From Nemertoderma westbladi (Eukaryota; Animalia; Xenacoelomorpha): a stretch of 64,000 nt of DNA. The stretch is from the NCBI GenBank assembly GCA_032718475.1, contig JAUCBJ010009137.1, positions 1-64,000 of the forward strand, read 5' to 3'. Made by a program: the position numbers and the translations under genes. Below the pieces are notes generated by a model that ran no database searches, was not told the DNA's origin, and saw only the letters and a list, made by a program, of their open reading frames with translations. Of this stretch, positions 60,304 to 64,000 are shown one piece after another. Each line of letters begins with the position of its first letter. Position 1 is the first letter of the stretch.

Positions 60304-60354
60304 TTTTATTGCTTGATATTGGTCTGTCTATTATTATTATTATTTTCGTTCTAC

Positions 60355-60454
60355 NNNNNNNNNNNNNNNNNNNNNNNNNNNNNNNNNNNNNNNNNNNNNN
60401 NNNNNNNNNNNNNNNNNNNNNNNNNNNNNNNNNNNNNNNNNNNNNNNNNNNNNN
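60355..60454. other. Assembly gap (100 N)
   Basis: Run of N. Confidence 1.
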
Positions 60455-60782
60455 TAATTATATATATATGTATATATATAAGGTATTTCCATTTCACGGC
60501 AATCACTCACTACATAATAATACGTCGCCTGTGCAATAAATTGAAATACATTGTATGGATGTCCAGGTAAGAAACCATTACGTTTCCATGACAATACACA
60601 GTTATCAGGTTAGGACTTTGTATAGAGTACTTTCAAAGACTATCTAAAAGTAATAAGTTAAGACTTTAGCGCTCCCGCAGTTTGTGCAAAACGCTTTTAT
60701 TATTAGGTTATACGTGTACAATTCGCAATTAACATTCAGCGAGTTAGCTTATTAGGGTATTTGCGGTCTTATAATCATTTAA

Positions 60783-62327
60783 GGGGGCGGTACACCACCT
60801 GGTGTCAAAAAATTGAAAAAAAATTTTTTTGCCGAATATTGTGTGAAATTTTATGTAGATTCCGAATCTGAAATCGGTTTTGTCATATCTCGATTGGATC
60901 TCGAGTTATACGTCTTTAACTGAGACCATGTTGACGGACAGACTGACAGACAGACCGACAGACCGACAGACCGACAGACAGTCTGGATAGGGTCAAAAGT
61001 GAAAACTGACAGCGGAAATGAAATCCTTGACCAGGAAAACCCCAATAGAGAGAATTTTAATTAGCTAATGTGATTCCTTATACTTTTGACGGACAGACTG
61101 ACAGACAGACCGACAGACAGTCTGGATAGGGTCAAAAGTGAAAACTGACAGCGGAAATGAAATCCTTGACCAGGAAAACCCCCATAGGGAGAATTTTAAT
61201 TAGCTAATGTGATTCCTTATACTTTTGACGGACAGACTGACAGACAGACCGACAGACAGTCTGGATAGGGTCAAAAGTGAAAACTGACAGCGGAAATGAA
61301 ATCCTTGACCAGGAAAACCCCCATAGAGAGAATTTTAATTAGCTAATGTGATTCCTTATATTTTCGACGGACAGACTGACAGACAGACAGACCAACAGAC
61401 CGACAGACAGTCTGCATAGGGTCAAAAGTGAAAACTGACAGCGGAAATGAAATCCTTGTCCAGGAAAACCCCCATAGCTAGAATTTTAATTAGCTAATGT
61501 GATTCCTTATACTTTTGACGGACAGACTGAAAGACAGACCGACAGACAGACCGACAGACAGACCGACAGACAGTCTGGATAGGGTCAAAGTGAAAACTGA
61601 CAGCGGAAATGAAATCCTTGACAAGGAAAACCCCCATAGCGAGAATGTTAGTAGATTTTATTCTTTCTAAAGTCTTGACAGACAAACAGACAGAAATACT
61701 GACAGACTTCAGAAATTCATGAATTAGAGTTGGGCACTTGGGGGTTTGAATAATTTACAGTTAGGTACCGAAAGGGTTAAAACTTTAACCTCATTTTTCT
61801 CAGAATGTCATTTTTTGACCTCAAAAATGTATCTAGTCCGCCAATTTTCAATGAATTGAGCTGAAATTTGGAAAGTATCTCCAGACCGACGCACTCTTTA
61901 GAAATTGTGGTCAAATTTTTTTTTTTTAGCTTCGTTCGTTTTTTATTCAATGTTAAATGTCGAAATTTCGTGATTTTTTCGTTCAAAATGAAAAGTAATT
62001 TTTGATTGGCTATAAAAAAAGATCAAAACAAAATTTTAAAAATTTGACCACAATTTCTGTTTATCATGACTTGGAGAATATGCACACCAAATTTCGAGCA
62101 AAAATAATTATAAATAAATATGTAGATAGGTTTTGTAATATAGTCAATATTTATTAATATTAACTATTATTAAATTATTATAAATAGTTAATTCGAAAAA
62201 TTTTTTTTGCCGAAAGTTGTATCTACAACCCAACTCTAATTGTGCCAATTTTCGAAAATACTTGACAATGTTGAAGCACACGACAATGATTTTTGTAAAA
62301 AATGCGCTTAGGTGGTGTACCGCCCCC
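60783..62327. mobile_element. Kolobok-like non-autonomous DNA transposon with internal tandem repeats of about 140 bp
   Basis: TTAA TSD at 60779-60782 and 62328-62331; 18-bp TIR gggggcggtacaccacct / aggtggtgtaccgccccc; about 5 internal units at 60930-61720. Confidence 0.8.
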
Positions 62328-63077
62328 TTAACACAATTTGGTTGGTACAAATTGAATGTAAGTGTAAGAAGTGTGTTTGTAAGTTAGCATTTTGGCCATT
62401 CCATACTCTTGAGTGTTTAAGTGTGTTTGAAAAGTACCAGTTCCCATAATGCCGCTAAGGGGGGCCAAGTTTTTCATACACATGACACACTGGACTGCAA
62501 AAGTGGTAAAATGCTAACTTGTGAGAAATGGTCTAAAAAACGTTTTGACAAAGTTTCAGATTGCAAGGACCACGAGTTAGCACTTTGAGTTAGCACTTTG
62601 GAAAAGTTAGCACAATAGCGGAAAAAGAGCTTGCAAAGTAAGCCCTTTGGTATATTTGCCATACGTTTGCGGCTGTTTGGGCGGGGTGTGGTAGGCCTAA
62701 ACTTTTCACACTGAAACATTTTGGTTCTGAAATGTTCAGGGCACAGCGATCAGAGATATTTCATATACAGTATATTTTATTATGAGAGGAAGAAGAACAT
62801 ACAACGTTATTTACTATATATGTAACAAAATAATTGTTTTCGGGTTTAACTTGGAAGCCTCCCCAAATAGTTGATATACAATTATATTTAAAATTATTTC
62901 CATGGTCATGGTCATTCACCCGTCTTTAGTTAGAAATTTGTTTGCATGAAAGACAGTTTAGTTTGGTTTTTACTGATTATTATCTCTTATCTGGCTGGGG
63001 TAATAATAAAGGATAGGATAAATGGAAGCAAAGTGTGACAGTAACAATTATTTCCCTGACAACCGAGCATGTCTTAA

Positions 63078-63924
63078 CCCTATTCCACCTGGGGTTGGGC
63101 AGAATCTGCCCAACACTTTTTATTTTTAGAAATTCATCATGATGATTTTTATGTATTATTATGAAATTCATTGACTTTTCCTAGAATTTAATTGGCTTTC
63201 TGATGGTAACAAAATATTTTTTTCATCATTTATACTTTTTGTGCTATGGTGTGTTTTTCATATCAAAGTCACATTTTTTTATTATAATATCTTTATTAGC
63301 CTAACTGGTAGAAAAGATAATCCCTGGTTGGATAGTTCCCTGGTCAACAAGCTAGAATACAACCAATTACGGTCCAGGACATTCACTTGGCTGGGTTGTA
63401 AAGTTAAATTCAAACACGAGATTGTCTACTGCTTGGATTAGTACACATCAATCACATTATTTTTTAATAACAGAATACTAAACTGACAGATAAGCAAGCA
63501 ATAAGTCTACTAGGATAAAACAACAACCACCATTGAAACCAGTATATTCCTAATGTAATACAGCAGACATAAACAGAGGTGAATAAATCTATTCAATAAC
63601 AGCAGCCCTGCAAGCAAAATTTTCAATTGGGATGTCTGGCAGAGTTAGGCAGACAGTGGTGTTGGGAGGAGTATGTATAGTATTATCTCATCTTTTAACT
63701 ATAATGGGTTATCTTCATGATAATTAATTTATATGGATATATTATTTAAAATTATGAATATATAAAACTCAGAACAGATGCATTATATATTTTTCTATAA
63801 ACCTGCGAAAATTTGGAAAGTTTTGATAAAATTATCATTACTTTTTAGTGTATAATAAACTGTTGGGCATATTATGCCCAACCCCAGGTGGAATCTCGGA
63901 CAAAAGAGCCCAGGTGGAATAGGG
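63078..63924. mobile_element. piggyBac-like MITE
   Basis: TTAA-ccctattccacctggg ... cccaggtggaataggg-TTAA, with an additional internal inverted copy near 63875-63895. Confidence 0.8.
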
Positions 63925-64000
63925 TTAAGTATACGATATCTAAAAGGGGGAAGTTTGGATTCACTGAATAAATGCAGTTCACCAAACTTCCCCCGAATGC

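Larger units (their letters stand above)
53485..60354 (+). mobile_element. Head-to-tail array of Penelope-like retroelements: a 5'-truncated copy acting as pseudo-LTR plus two full units, 3274-bp period
   Basis: 53485-53892 repeats the ORF 3' end and spacer found at 56759-57166. The two 999-aa ORFs translate identically. The array runs into an assembly gap. Confidence 0.95.

Overview
AT-rich, repeat-dominated eukaryotic (most likely invertebrate animal) DNA. The only clear host gene is an intronless SLC35B4-like nucleotide-sugar transporter (29551-30597). The rest is mostly transposable elements: CR1-group, RTE and CRE LINE remnants, a CR1 carrying nested insertions (IS3EU-like element, solo LTR, MULE-like MITE), Helentron-type non-autonomous arrays, Kolobok- and piggyBac-like MITEs, minisatellites and several Penelope-like elements (PLEs). 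Two systems stand out. (1) A young BEL/Pao-derived LTR element (13184-25093) keeps an open Gag-protease ORF despite two in-frame deletions (RT/RNase H and integrase). It also carries two co-varying RNA hairpins and an unrecognised zinc-knuckle ORF in the env position, and that ORF is conserved in a second, diverged family member (33328-35083). (2) A head-to-tail array of apparently identical, intact PLEs (3274-bp period) has in each unit a minimal hammerhead ribozyme whose conserved C3-G8 core pair is replaced by a compensatory A3-U8 pair. All calls were made by eye from the sequence and the ORF track; no searches or folding programs were run.
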